From Acutalibacteraceae bacterium (GTDB lineage: Bacteria > Bacillota > Clostridia > Oscillospirales > Acutalibacteraceae), in contig JAZULY010000095.1 in assembly GCA_045603355.1 (NCBI GenBank), positions 1 through 36,881 on the forward strand: a stretch of DNA of 36,881 nucleotides. Reading direction: 5' to 3'. The position numbers were made by a program, and so were the translations under genes. Shown here in pieces: positions 1 through 8,745 of the stretch (the stretch's first letter is position 1; each line of letters begins with the position of its first letter). Under the pieces are notes generated by a model that was given only the letters and a program-made list of their open reading frames with translations, had not been told where the DNA came from and did not search any database.

Positions 1-392
1 TAATATATAATCTCTGTAACAAAGAGTCCTGCTAAAAACCAAATCGTCCAGAAATGCTCTTGTGTGAGGAAATTAAAGAGCATATCGGTATAGGCACTGA
101 GTGGCTGCCCCTCTATCGCATAAACTATACTGAAAAACAGAAAAATAACCGCACCGAGACAAAAATACGGGATAACAAGGCTCTTGAATTTTTTAACAAA
201 AAATTCCTTGAAGCCGTATTTAGTGCCCGAAAAAACTGCGCCCGACAAAAAGAAAAAGAGGGGTATATGAAAGGTATATATGAGCGACGAGACATAGGGC
301 AGGCGCGTGTGACCAAGGATAACGAGCAAAAGCCCGATACCCTTAGCAGTATCAATCCAGCCTATTCTGTTTTGCTTTACTAAACTTTGCAT
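1..392 (-). CDS. Acyltransferase family 3 (membrane O-acyltransferase), 5' part only; the gene runs off the left edge of the window
   Basis: Not in the ORF track (no stop in window). Manual translation from ATG at 392 gives MQSLVKQNRIGWIDTAKGIGLLLVILGHTRLPYVSSLIYTFHIPLFFFLSGAVFS...HFWTIWFLAGLFVTEIIY, open to position 1. The R-x-x-W-x-D-x-x-KG...LV..GH and FH.PLFFFLSG motifs are typical of acyltransferase_3. SD AAAGGATGG lies upstream. Overlaps the upstream gene by 41 nt. Confidence 0.7.
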   Translation of the reverse strand, partial: MQSLVKQNRIGWIDTAKGIGLLLVILGHTRLPYVSSLIYTFHIPLFFFLSGAVFSGTKYGFKEFFVKKFKSLVIPYFCLGAVIFLFFSIVYAIEGQPLSAYTDMLFNFLTQEHFWTIWFLAGLFVTEIIY

Positions 393-1374
393 TTTTTAGC
401 CATCCTTTAATTGCGTAAAATACCGCGGCAAAAATAATTGTTGCAACGAGAATAATAAGTGGTCTCAGCCAAGCCAATACTCCGCAAACCTCACCGAACA
501 CGCCATCAAAGATATGAATAACTATCGGGTGACCTATGTAAATAAAGAAGGCGTATTCGTTTCCGATTTTCTGTAAAAGTTTGTTTTTAAAGTTCGGATA
601 CCGTGCGCAAATAACAAACAGAGCTATACTTAGCAGTATGCTGCCCACATATATTATACCGCTGTAAAACAGACTTCCGGCAACAATCAGCGTAAGACCT
701 ATGATTGCCGCTGATATAATATACAGGTCGTGTTTTCTCTGTATTAACTTTTCTCCCTTATCGTGGATAAGCTTACCGCATAAAAAATACGGAATTCCGC
801 AGAACCAGAAATTACGTGCGGTGATGCCCGATATGCCGATGCTCGGCAGTAAAATTTCACAAGCAATACCGCCGATAAAACCAAGCGCGATTATGCCGTA
901 TACATATTTGCTATTATAAAACTTATGGAATACATAGCAAAACAAATAGCAATACAACAGCGCAAAAAGAAACCACGCGACACCCGCAACATAAGTGGCA
1001 TTAAATACCAACCAAATGGCTATGTGCTTAAGCGTAAATATCTCGTCTTTAAAATAACCTAACGTTTCAACAAAGGAAAACCCGTTATCAATAAAAATTC
1101 TTACAATATTCAAAGCGTAAGCAATACCTATTAGCTGTAGTATGTGGATAATTGATTTCTTCAGCTTTTCTTTTGAGGAGTTCAGTGCAAAATAACCTGA
1201 CACCATAAAGAACACCTGCACCGCAAACGCACCAATATCCCTTATCAATTCTCCAACAAGGCCCGGAAAGTGGGCGTGAATAAAAACGACAAATATCGCT
1301 GCAACGCCCTTTAACATATCCAAGCTCGAATTTCTTAATTTAATGTCGGTCTTTTTTGCCGCAAAACTACCCAT
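352..1374 (-). CDS. Acyltransferase family 3 (polysaccharide O-acyltransferase), polytopic membrane protein
   Basis: 340 aa. N-terminus LDMLKGVAAIFVVFIHAHFPG, then about 10 hydrophobic segments (FFMVSGYF, WFLFALLYCY). Sits in the glycan operon. Confidence 0.8.
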   Translation of the reverse strand: MGSFAAKKTDIKLRNSSLDMLKGVAAIFVVFIHAHFPGLVGELIRDIGAFAVQVFFMVSGYFALNSSKEKLKKSIIHILQLIGIAYALNIVRIFIDNGFSFVETLGYFKDEIFTLKHIAIWLVFNATYVAGVAWFLFALLYCYLFCYVFHKFYNSKYVYGIIALGFIGGIACEILLPSIGISGITARNFWFCGIPYFLCGKLIHDKGEKLIQRKHDLYIISAAIIGLTLIVAGSLFYSGIIYVGSILLSIALFVICARYPNFKNKLLQKIGNEYAFFIYIGHPIVIHIFDGVFGEVCGVLAWLRPLIILVATIIFAAVFYAIKGWLKNAKFSKAKQNRLD

Positions 1375-1386
1375 ACCTTACTCCTT

Positions 1387-2970
1387 TTATATATTAACGT
1401 ATTTTGAGGTGGTAACAAATTCTATATCAATTTGCCCATTGTATTCCCGTAATACAGTGCTCATACCCTCATTCATAGCCTGAAATGAAGCCTTTTTAGT
1501 GAAGAAATTCATCTTTTCGTCGGCAAAATTCTGCGTGGGGTCGGAAGAATAACCGTCCATACCTGCGATAAATATCCTCTTCACGCCAAGGCTTATCAAA
1601 TATTTTATCAGCATCAGTGCCGCGTTATCTCTGACGGCTTCTATATCGTTCAGTAAATCCTTATACTTTGTCTGCAAATAGACGTCAACCGATGAAATGT
1701 TCGAAGTAATAATACATTTTTCGTGCTTATCATTACTAAGCTCCCTGAAACGGCGAAGGTTACTTACGAATATAAAATCTGTGTCAAAATGACTATAATC
1801 GAAATTAACGCTTATAGTAATGACGTTGTCTATCGCTGCTCGCGCTAATATTTTTTCCTTTTCGGTGTTTGAGCTGCTTCCCGGGGCGATAATCAACACA
1901 TCCTTACCCGAAATGCGTTCTTTTATTTCGGATAAATGCTGCTCGTTCGCATCCCCTGCAGCCATATATTTAAGGTATAATTCTTCGATATATTCTTTAT
2001 CGTAGTTAGCCTTTTTAGCGTTATCCATCATAGAGAATATTTCATCCATATTCTCGACAGTCAGCGTCTTCTTAGAATCAAGATACCCAGCATAGTTCGG
2101 GTGGGAATTATGCTTTGCGGAAAGATAATTCGGTAAGGAATAACCCCAATAATTCTGCTGATAAAACGGTCTTAGTATCTCGTCTATGAGAGCGAGCAGC
2201 GGTCTTAAATTATAGGCGGTACCGATATTATCGTTTAAATGCTCAACGAAAAGCTCGGTGTTAAGGTTACCTGCTCCCCTACCCATACCGTAAATGCTCG
2301 AATCGATAATAATATCCCGCGCAGTTCTTATCTCGGTTAAGGACTGAGCGTTGGAGAAGGACAGCTGCATATTATTATGAGAATGGAAACCTATAGCAAC
2401 TCCCTTTTTGAGATTGTTTTCAACAACGTAAAAAAGTCTCGTCAAATCCTTTTGCTTCATTACACCGAAGCTATCAACTATATAAAAAGCATACGGCTGT
2501 ACGTCGCCTGCACGGCGAATTAAATCCAGAAACTCCTCGTCGGAATAATTGAGCGATACCATCGCCTGAATAAATACCTTATAACCCTTCTTTCGGACCT
2601 CTCTGCAGTACTCGAGCGCGGGTATCATATCATCCTTATGAAAGGCAATTCTGAGTCCGTCAAGTCCGGTCTCACTACACTCGGGTATATCGGCTAAATC
2701 GTATTCACCGTAGTTTATCATACACACGAAAAGCTTGCCGTCCCGTTTTTCGGGCAGCATAGCAGAGACCTCGGCAAAATTGGTATACTTTGTAATATCC
2801 TCGTTATATGTAACCCGATTTGTTATAAAACCGCACTCGATGATATCAATACCTGCATCTACCAAGCCGCTAATTATTCTTTTTGTATTTTGCTTGCCAA
2901 ATTTCCACTCATTACAGTATCCGCCGTCTCTGAGTGTGCAGTCCAGAATTTTATAATTCCCCACAAGCAA
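1387..2970 (-). CDS. Fusion protein: N-terminal DRE-TIM metallolyase (HMGL-like pyruvate aldolase/carboxyltransferase fold) plus C-terminal DUF115/MptE-like (Maf-like putative glycosyltransferase) domain
   Basis: N-terminal ILDCTLRDGG and FHSHNN (HxH metal site) match the HMGL-like signature. The C-terminal half has DVLIIAPGSS and IFIAGMDGY, matching CFIIGTGPSL and VYLLGIDHNY of the stand-alone DUF115 ORF at 6935-7699. Confidence 0.65.
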   Translation of the reverse strand: MLVGNYKILDCTLRDGGYCNEWKFGKQNTKRIISGLVDAGIDIIECGFITNRVTYNEDITKYTNFAEVSAMLPEKRDGKLFVCMINYGEYDLADIPECSETGLDGLRIAFHKDDMIPALEYCREVRKKGYKVFIQAMVSLNYSDEEFLDLIRRAGDVQPYAFYIVDSFGVMKQKDLTRLFYVVENNLKKGVAIGFHSHNNMQLSFSNAQSLTEIRTARDIIIDSSIYGMGRGAGNLNTELFVEHLNDNIGTAYNLRPLLALIDEILRPFYQQNYWGYSLPNYLSAKHNSHPNYAGYLDSKKTLTVENMDEIFSMMDNAKKANYDKEYIEELYLKYMAAGDANEQHLSEIKERISGKDVLIIAPGSSSNTEKEKILARAAIDNVITISVNFDYSHFDTDFIFVSNLRRFRELSNDKHEKCIITSNISSVDVYLQTKYKDLLNDIEAVRDNAALMLIKYLISLGVKRIFIAGMDGYSSDPTQNFADEKMNFFTKKASFQAMNEGMSTVLREYNGQIDIEFVTTSKYVNI

Positions 2971-2982
2971 TACCTCCGTTTA

Positions 2983-3747
2983 CTACTTGTTGCTGATTTC
3001 GCCCTTTGCAATTTTATCACGCACGATAGCGCATACCTTTTCAAGGTCGTTTGGCGTATCAACCGCTACTGTATCGGAATCGACCTCAATATACTGCACC
3101 TTATAACCGTTCTCGATAAAGCGCAAAATCTCTATATCCTCAACGGCCTCGACCTTTGCCTTGCCGTACTTAATACCGTAATCGCAATAAAACTCTAATG
3201 CTTCGGGTTTAAATCCGTAAACGCATACCTGCTTATAGTAGGCGTAATCAAGACTGCCTTTTGGATACGGTGCAGTGGCACGTGTCAGATATACACCGAT
3301 ACCTTCTTTATTGGTAATTACCTTAGGAACGGTAAAATTAACAACCTCAATAGGATCGTTTATTTTGGTCATAAGGTTGGATATGAGTAAATCGGGATTG
3401 GTATAGAACGGTGTGATAGCAGCCTTAATGGTTGCAGGCTCGAGCAGCGGCTCGTCCCCCTGAATATTAACTATTAAGTCGGCAGGTATCTTTCTTGCTA
3501 CCTCACCGATACGGTCGGTGCCCGTCCTATGCGAATCGCTGGTCATTATTACCTTAACGCCCAGTTCCTCGCAGGTGGAAAAAATCTTATCGTCATCGGT
3601 AGCCACATAGACCTCATCGAAATCCTCTACCTTCATACATTGCTGATAAACCCACCATATCATCGGTTTGCCGCATATGTCTGCGAGCGGCTTGCCGGGG
3701 AAACGGGAGGACTTGTAACGCGCGGGAATTACACCGATAATTTTCAT
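2983..3747 (-). CDS. CMP-ulosonic acid synthetase, KdsB/NeuA-type cytidylyltransferase (3-deoxy-manno-octulosonate cytidylyltransferase-like)
   Basis: MKIIGVIPARYKSSRFPGKPL N-terminus and VNIQGDEPLL motif, both characteristic of the CTP_transf_3 / KdsB family. 254 aa. Confidence 0.8.
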   Translation of the reverse strand: MKIIGVIPARYKSSRFPGKPLADICGKPMIWWVYQQCMKVEDFDEVYVATDDDKIFSTCEELGVKVIMTSDSHRTGTDRIGEVARKIPADLIVNIQGDEPLLEPATIKAAITPFYTNPDLLISNLMTKINDPIEVVNFTVPKVITNKEGIGVYLTRATAPYPKGSLDYAYYKQVCVYGFKPEALEFYCDYGIKYGKAKVEAVEDIEILRFIENGYKVQYIEVDSDTVAVDTPNDLEKVCAIVRDKIAKGEISNK

Positions 3748-3775
3748 ATATATTACTCCTTTTTATACGGCACTA

Positions 3776-5335
3776 TCAGTCCGTAGTTCTTTTTAATCTG
3801 CTTTTAATAACCGAAAATAGATACTCTCTGTCTGCCCGATTCAGAATCAGCAACGAAGCAAGGCAGGCACCTGCAACTGCTAAAACGGCACAGGCAGCAA
3901 TAAGGCTTATCCAGGTGGTGCCCGGAATAACTGTTTTAATCAGCGCACCGCATATGCAAACTATCACACTTGCCGCCACACTCGGCAGCAATACACAATA
4001 AAATGTAGTTATCTTTAGACCCAGATACTTTGCCGAAAACGGTATTATAAACACTAAATTTCTGACGAAGCAACAGGCAACACTAACACCTGCGATAGCA
4101 AATATACCGAAATTTGTGAATTTCAGCATAAGCAGGGTAATTACGGTGCTGACAACCCCCGTAACGATAGTTGCCAGCGAACTCTGCCGCACCTTGTTTA
4201 CTACGGTAAACACACTGTGAAGCGGACGCATACCGCTGAAAACTACAACATCCACCAGCGCGATTACGGTTAATAGATAGAGTGACTCAGCTTTCTGTGT
4301 CGGCTGCCATAAGGCATAAAATTCTTTGCCGTATACAAACAGAAAACCTGCGGGCAGCGCGCACATAATGGATAGTATTTTTGATGCCTGTCGAATGGTC
4401 TTAACAATATTATCGTTTTGTTTTTTGGCATAGTCAATTATAAGCGACGGCGTGAAGGCGTTGCCCACACTTTCGTTAAGCACCAATACAAAAGCCGGCA
4501 TTGTTTTAGATACCGATAAAACGCCCATTTCGGTAGGTCCTACAAACAGGTTGGCAATAACCAAATCGAGACCGTTTGTCAGAATAGAGCCGAGCGAAGA
4601 AATGGAATTCCAGATGCCCGAAGACACCAGCTCCCATATAGTCCGCCAGGAAAAATCCTTTGCCCTTACGTGTAAATCCGGAAAAAGGCTGCGCTTATAA
4701 AAATAATAAGCCGCGCTTGTCATAATTCCCGCCGCGAGTGTGCCCACGCCTACAAAGCTTACCCTCGCATCAAGACTTACAAAAAGCGCTAATATAATGA
4801 GCGCCCTTATTATCACCGATAAAGCAGCGGTTGAAGAGGTAAGGTAGAGCTTGTTTTTTATGTAAGGCGCGGTGCTCCAGGCATTAATAACGGTCGATAT
4901 TATAAAATTAGCAAACACGAGCGCAAAAAGCAGCTTAACGTCACCCACGAGATGCTCGGGCACATTCAGTAGTTTTTCAAGGTTCCATATAACGGCAGCG
5001 CTGAGCACCGCCATAGTTACACCGAGAATAACATCGCCGAACAGCAGTGAGGAATAATACCGCTTCACCTTTTCGTGCTCGCCCTTATAATACGCCATCA
5101 TTATAAAACGGCTGCCCATAGAATCAAGGGCGGTTTTTACAAGGGTGGCATAGCTTATAAAATTATTGGCAAGATTAACAAAGCCGTTTGCCGCCGCGCC
5201 CAAGGTATCAACTATATAGGGCGTGAGGAAAAAGCTTATAACTGCCGTAACCGAAATATTAATAACCGCAGTTACGATATTTATGAAGTTTTGCTTGTTT
5301 TGTGACAGCTCAAGCTGCACGATCTTTTTGAACAT
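3776..5335 (-). CDS. Oligosaccharide/polysaccharide flippase (Wzx, MOP superfamily), paralog 1
   Basis: 519 aa, about 12-14 hydrophobic helices, polysaccharide-biosynthesis-protein architecture. Colinear with and highly similar to the adjacent ORF 5373-6926. Confidence 0.75.
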   Translation of the reverse strand: MFKKIVQLELSQNKQNFINIVTAVINISVTAVISFFLTPYIVDTLGAAANGFVNLANNFISYATLVKTALDSMGSRFIMMAYYKGEHEKVKRYYSSLLFGDVILGVTMAVLSAAVIWNLEKLLNVPEHLVGDVKLLFALVFANFIISTVINAWSTAPYIKNKLYLTSSTAALSVIIRALIILALFVSLDARVSFVGVGTLAAGIMTSAAYYFYKRSLFPDLHVRAKDFSWRTIWELVSSGIWNSISSLGSILTNGLDLVIANLFVGPTEMGVLSVSKTMPAFVLVLNESVGNAFTPSLIIDYAKKQNDNIVKTIRQASKILSIMCALPAGFLFVYGKEFYALWQPTQKAESLYLLTVIALVDVVVFSGMRPLHSVFTVVNKVRQSSLATIVTGVVSTVITLLMLKFTNFGIFAIAGVSVACCFVRNLVFIIPFSAKYLGLKITTFYCVLLPSVAASVIVCICGALIKTVIPGTTWISLIAACAVLAVAGACLASLLILNRADREYLFSVIKSRLKRTTD

Positions 5336-5372
5336 TAAATGGTCTTCTCTTCTTTCGCGGGGGTATTTTTGA

Positions 5373-6926
5373 TTAGTTTATTTTCAGTTTGGTTTTTATC
5401 ATTGAGATAAGATATGCACGCTCATCCTTGTTTAAAACGATAAGCGAAGTTAAAAGTACGCCTACCACGCAGAAAACAAAGCCCGCGGCTATAAGGGTAA
5501 TCCAACTGTTACCCGCAATTACCATCTTTAATATAAAGCCCCATACACAAAGCACCAGGCTCGAGAGCACCGACGGTACTAAGGTATAATAAAATGTCGT
5601 CATTTTAAGCCCTAAATACTTAGCCGAGAACGGGATAACGAATACCATATTTTTAATAAAGCAACAAACCACACTAACGCCCGCTATCGCGTAGATTCCA
5701 AGGTTTGTAGTTTTAAGCATAAGCAAGGTTAAAGCCACACTGACAAGCCCTGTAACAATAGTTACAATAGAGTTTTGTTTAACCTTATTAACTACCGTAA
5801 ACACATTGAAAAGCGGCTGCATACCTGTGAAAAACACACGTCCGAAAATAGTTATCGTCGATAAAATATAGAGCGTTCTTGCCTCTTGTGTCGGCTGCCA
5901 TAAGGCATAAAACTCTTCGCCGTATACAAGTAAAAAGCCAAGCGGCAGAGAGCAAATTACCGAAATCATTTTCGAGGATTGCTTAACCGTTTTAACGATA
6001 TTCTGTGCCTGATCTTTAGCATAATCTATTATTAAAGACGGAGTGAAAACATTAGCAATAGTTTCGTTAAGGGTGCTGACAAACACGGGCATGGTTTTAG
6101 CAACCGATAAAACACCCATCGCAGTATCCCCGACCGTAATATTGGCTACGAGCAAATCCAGACCGTTGGTTAAAATTGAGCCGAGTGAAGAAACGGTATT
6201 CCATACACCTGAAGACACCAGCGTCTTTATGGCTTTCCAAGAAAAGTTTCTGACATTTACGCGAAGCGAGGGGAATAAATGCCGTTTATAGAGCATGTTA
6301 AGGAGACATCCGATAAGACCTGAGACCAGCGTACCTACACCGACAAAGCTTACCGTAGGGCTGAAACTCATAAACAGACCGAATATTATTACAGCACGAA
6401 GAACCGCTGAAATAGCATTAGTTGCAGAATCGAGATACAGCCTGTTCTTCACATAGGGCGCAACACTCCACACCGTAACAACGGTGGAAACAACAAAGCT
6501 TGTAAAGAGAAGTGCGAAAAGTACTTTTACATCGCTTACGAGATGCTCAGGAATAACAAGAAAACTTTCGAGTTTCCATACACATACCGCGCCGATAATT
6601 CCCATAACAACGCCTAATACAAGGTCGCCGATGAACAATGAGGAATAATACTTTTCTACCTTATCGTGCTCATCTTTATAATAAGCCAACATTATAAAGC
6701 GACTACCCATAGAATTAAGCGCAGTTTTGGCTAACATACCGTAAGAAATAAAGTTGTTAGCAAGTGTTACAAAACCGTTAGCCTCAACGCCGAGCGTGCC
6801 TACAATATACGGGGAGAGAAAAAAACTTATAAGGGTAGTTACGAGCATATTAGCAATACCCGCTACGATATTTATTACGTTTTGCTTATTTCTTGACAAT
6901 TCCAGATTTATTATACTTCTGAGCAT
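5373..6926 (-). CDS. Oligosaccharide/polysaccharide flippase (Wzx, MOP superfamily), paralog 2
   Basis: 517 aa. Shares long identical blocks with the 3776-5335 product (LANNFISY, SMGSRFIM, SSLGSILTNGLDL, FTPSLIIDYAK, EFYALWQPTQ, IPFSAKYLGLK). Confidence 0.75.
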   Translation of the reverse strand: MLRSIINLELSRNKQNVINIVAGIANMLVTTLISFFLSPYIVGTLGVEANGFVTLANNFISYGMLAKTALNSMGSRFIMLAYYKDEHDKVEKYYSSLFIGDLVLGVVMGIIGAVCVWKLESFLVIPEHLVSDVKVLFALLFTSFVVSTVVTVWSVAPYVKNRLYLDSATNAISAVLRAVIIFGLFMSFSPTVSFVGVGTLVSGLIGCLLNMLYKRHLFPSLRVNVRNFSWKAIKTLVSSGVWNTVSSLGSILTNGLDLLVANITVGDTAMGVLSVAKTMPVFVSTLNETIANVFTPSLIIDYAKDQAQNIVKTVKQSSKMISVICSLPLGFLLVYGEEFYALWQPTQEARTLYILSTITIFGRVFFTGMQPLFNVFTVVNKVKQNSIVTIVTGLVSVALTLLMLKTTNLGIYAIAGVSVVCCFIKNMVFVIPFSAKYLGLKMTTFYYTLVPSVLSSLVLCVWGFILKMVIAGNSWITLIAAGFVFCVVGVLLTSLIVLNKDERAYLISMIKTKLKIN

Positions 6927-6934
6927 AAATAAAA

Positions 6935-7699
6935 CTAATCTTCTTTCTTTAATACTTCATCTAAGCAGACCCGCTCGAATGCTTCTAACTTACCGCCGCG
7001 CGTAGCGTTATAAACCGCAAAATTCGGTTGCTTGTCGGCAAATTTTCGGGCGGTCATATATGCGACTGTGCTCTCAACCACCCGCGGCAAATTAAGTCCC
7101 TGATTACTCGCTTTAGAGCCTTTGAAATAGTCCTGAACACCGTCATCCATTACGGGGATACCCTTTTCATTAAGGCTTATTGAATAATTGTGGTCAATAC
7201 CGAGTAAATAAACCTCGCTAAAGCCCATATAAAAAGCCAACTGAATTGCGCCGTAGGTAACGGTGAAGCCTTGCCCCATATACTTATCTATCTTTCGGCT
7301 GAAATCAGCATCCTTAGGGTAATATTCCTTGTGCCTGAGCACAAAATAAGAAATATCGGTCTCGCCTTCAAATATATTCTTACAGTCTATCGGCATAAAC
7401 TTTCGCCTCACCGATAGCTCTTTTATTTCCTTTTCGAATTTGCAAATCAGCTTGTAATCCTGATTCATATAATATGTAGGACGCCAATCTGTCTGGGAGA
7501 AAATTTCAAAAATACGGTTTGAACCGAAGGTTATTTCGCCCTTCAGTCGGTCTAAATCCCGGGCGGTAAGGCTGGGCCCTGTGCCGATAATGAAACAACG
7601 CTGACCTTTATGTATATTTTTGTATTTTTTTAATTCATTACAGATTGACCTGTTTTCAAAATACTGCTTTTGGGAAATTAAATAATCCTTAAAACCCAT
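6935..7699 (-). CDS. DUF115 / 6-hydroxymethylpterin diphosphokinase MptE-like protein (Maf-like, putative ulosonic-acid transferase)
   Basis: 254 aa. CFIIGTGPSL and VYLLGIDHNY motifs are typical of PF01973-type proteins found in nonulosonic-acid glycosylation loci. Confidence 0.7.
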   Translation of the reverse strand: MGFKDYLISQKQYFENRSICNELKKYKNIHKGQRCFIIGTGPSLTARDLDRLKGEITFGSNRIFEIFSQTDWRPTYYMNQDYKLICKFEKEIKELSVRRKFMPIDCKNIFEGETDISYFVLRHKEYYPKDADFSRKIDKYMGQGFTVTYGAIQLAFYMGFSEVYLLGIDHNYSISLNEKGIPVMDDGVQDYFKGSKASNQGLNLPRVVESTVAYMTARKFADKQPNFAVYNATRGGKLEAFERVCLDEVLKKED

Positions 7700-7701
7700 A
7701 A

Positions 7702-8724
7702 TTAACCTCTTTTAAATTTTGATAATATTCTTATCGTCCCGATAAGCAGACGGTATCTTTTTCTTCTAAGGCACCACTTGACAAAACCCAACATTTCTTT
7801 ACCAGGGTTCGAATTTTCAACAACCGAGTCTAATACCTGCGTATCGGATAAGTCGGCAAACTGAGCGGCTAACACTTTTGTGGATTTTTTCCTGTGTTTC
7901 GCCATTTTAACGAATATTAAATATATAAAGAACAATGACTGGTGGCTGCAGGCTTGCAGCTCTATATCATTTTCGGCTCTCTTTTTCTTCTCACGGTAAA
8001 AAAGAGCTATTCTTCTGCATTCAGTCGCTAAATCAAAGTTAGATAAAAGCTTTACGGTTATCGACTGCGGATTTACTATGTAATTATATATAACACTGTC
8101 ATCTATATATATCTTGTTACATTTCTTTATAATATCGATATTAAAAATCTGGTCCTCATAGGGTTGCAGCTCTACCATAAATGTAAAACCGTTGTCACGA
8201 GCTACACTGCGTCTTAATATCTGCTTCCAGGCAAAGCCGTGAAGCGACAGTTTACCGTCAACATTACCGAACGCCTGCGGCAGAATATCATTTTTTATCT
8301 GCTCGCCCGTATAAAGGCCTGTATCATACGGAATAAGGCATTTTTCCGTACCGTTTGGAGTAACGGTGTTATAGGCGGTTATATACAGGTCTGCGTCGTG
8401 CTTTTTGATTATCTCTATCGCGCGGTCATACCCGCCCGGCTCTAAATAATCGTCCGAATCGCAGAAACCGATATAGTCGCCCGAGCACTTCTCAATACCG
8501 AGATTTCTCGCCCTGATATAGCCGATATTCTCCTTTAGGGTATATACCGTAAAACGCGGGTCGCGCCTAGCGTACTCGGCGCAAATCTCGCCGCATCTGT
8601 CATCCGACGCGTTATCAATGAGGAAAAACTCAAGCTCCTCGCTCTTCTGCGCCATCATAGAATCAAGCAGCCTCGGCAGATCCTGCTCGGCTCGGTAAAC
8701 GGTTGTTATAATACTGACTTTCAT
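7702..8724 (-). CDS. Glycosyltransferase family 2
   Basis: MKVSIITTVYRAEQDLPRLLDSM..., DNASDD and CDSDDY (DxD) motifs. 340 aa. Confidence 0.8.
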   Translation of the reverse strand: MKVSIITTVYRAEQDLPRLLDSMMAQKSEELEFFLIDNASDDRCGEICAEYARRDPRFTVYTLKENIGYIRARNLGIEKCSGDYIGFCDSDDYLEPGGYDRAIEIIKKHDADLYITAYNTVTPNGTEKCLIPYDTGLYTGEQIKNDILPQAFGNVDGKLSLHGFAWKQILRRSVARDNGFTFMVELQPYEDQIFNIDIIKKCNKIYIDDSVIYNYIVNPQSITVKLLSNFDLATECRRIALFYREKKKRAENDIELQACSHQSLFFIYLIFVKMAKHRKKSTKVLAAQFADLSDTQVLDSVVENSNPGKEMLGFVKWCLRRKRYRLLIGTIRILSKFKRG

Positions 8725-8745
8725 AAAACAGTCCTCTGTGTTCTT

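Noticed and set aside
54-383. 109-aa plus-strand ORF, and the 76-aa minus-strand ORF at 125-355
   Set aside because: Both lie fully inside the acyltransferase-3 reading frame I translated from ATG 392, which has strong family motifs. Neither has an SD or a recognisable domain. They are shadow ORFs.
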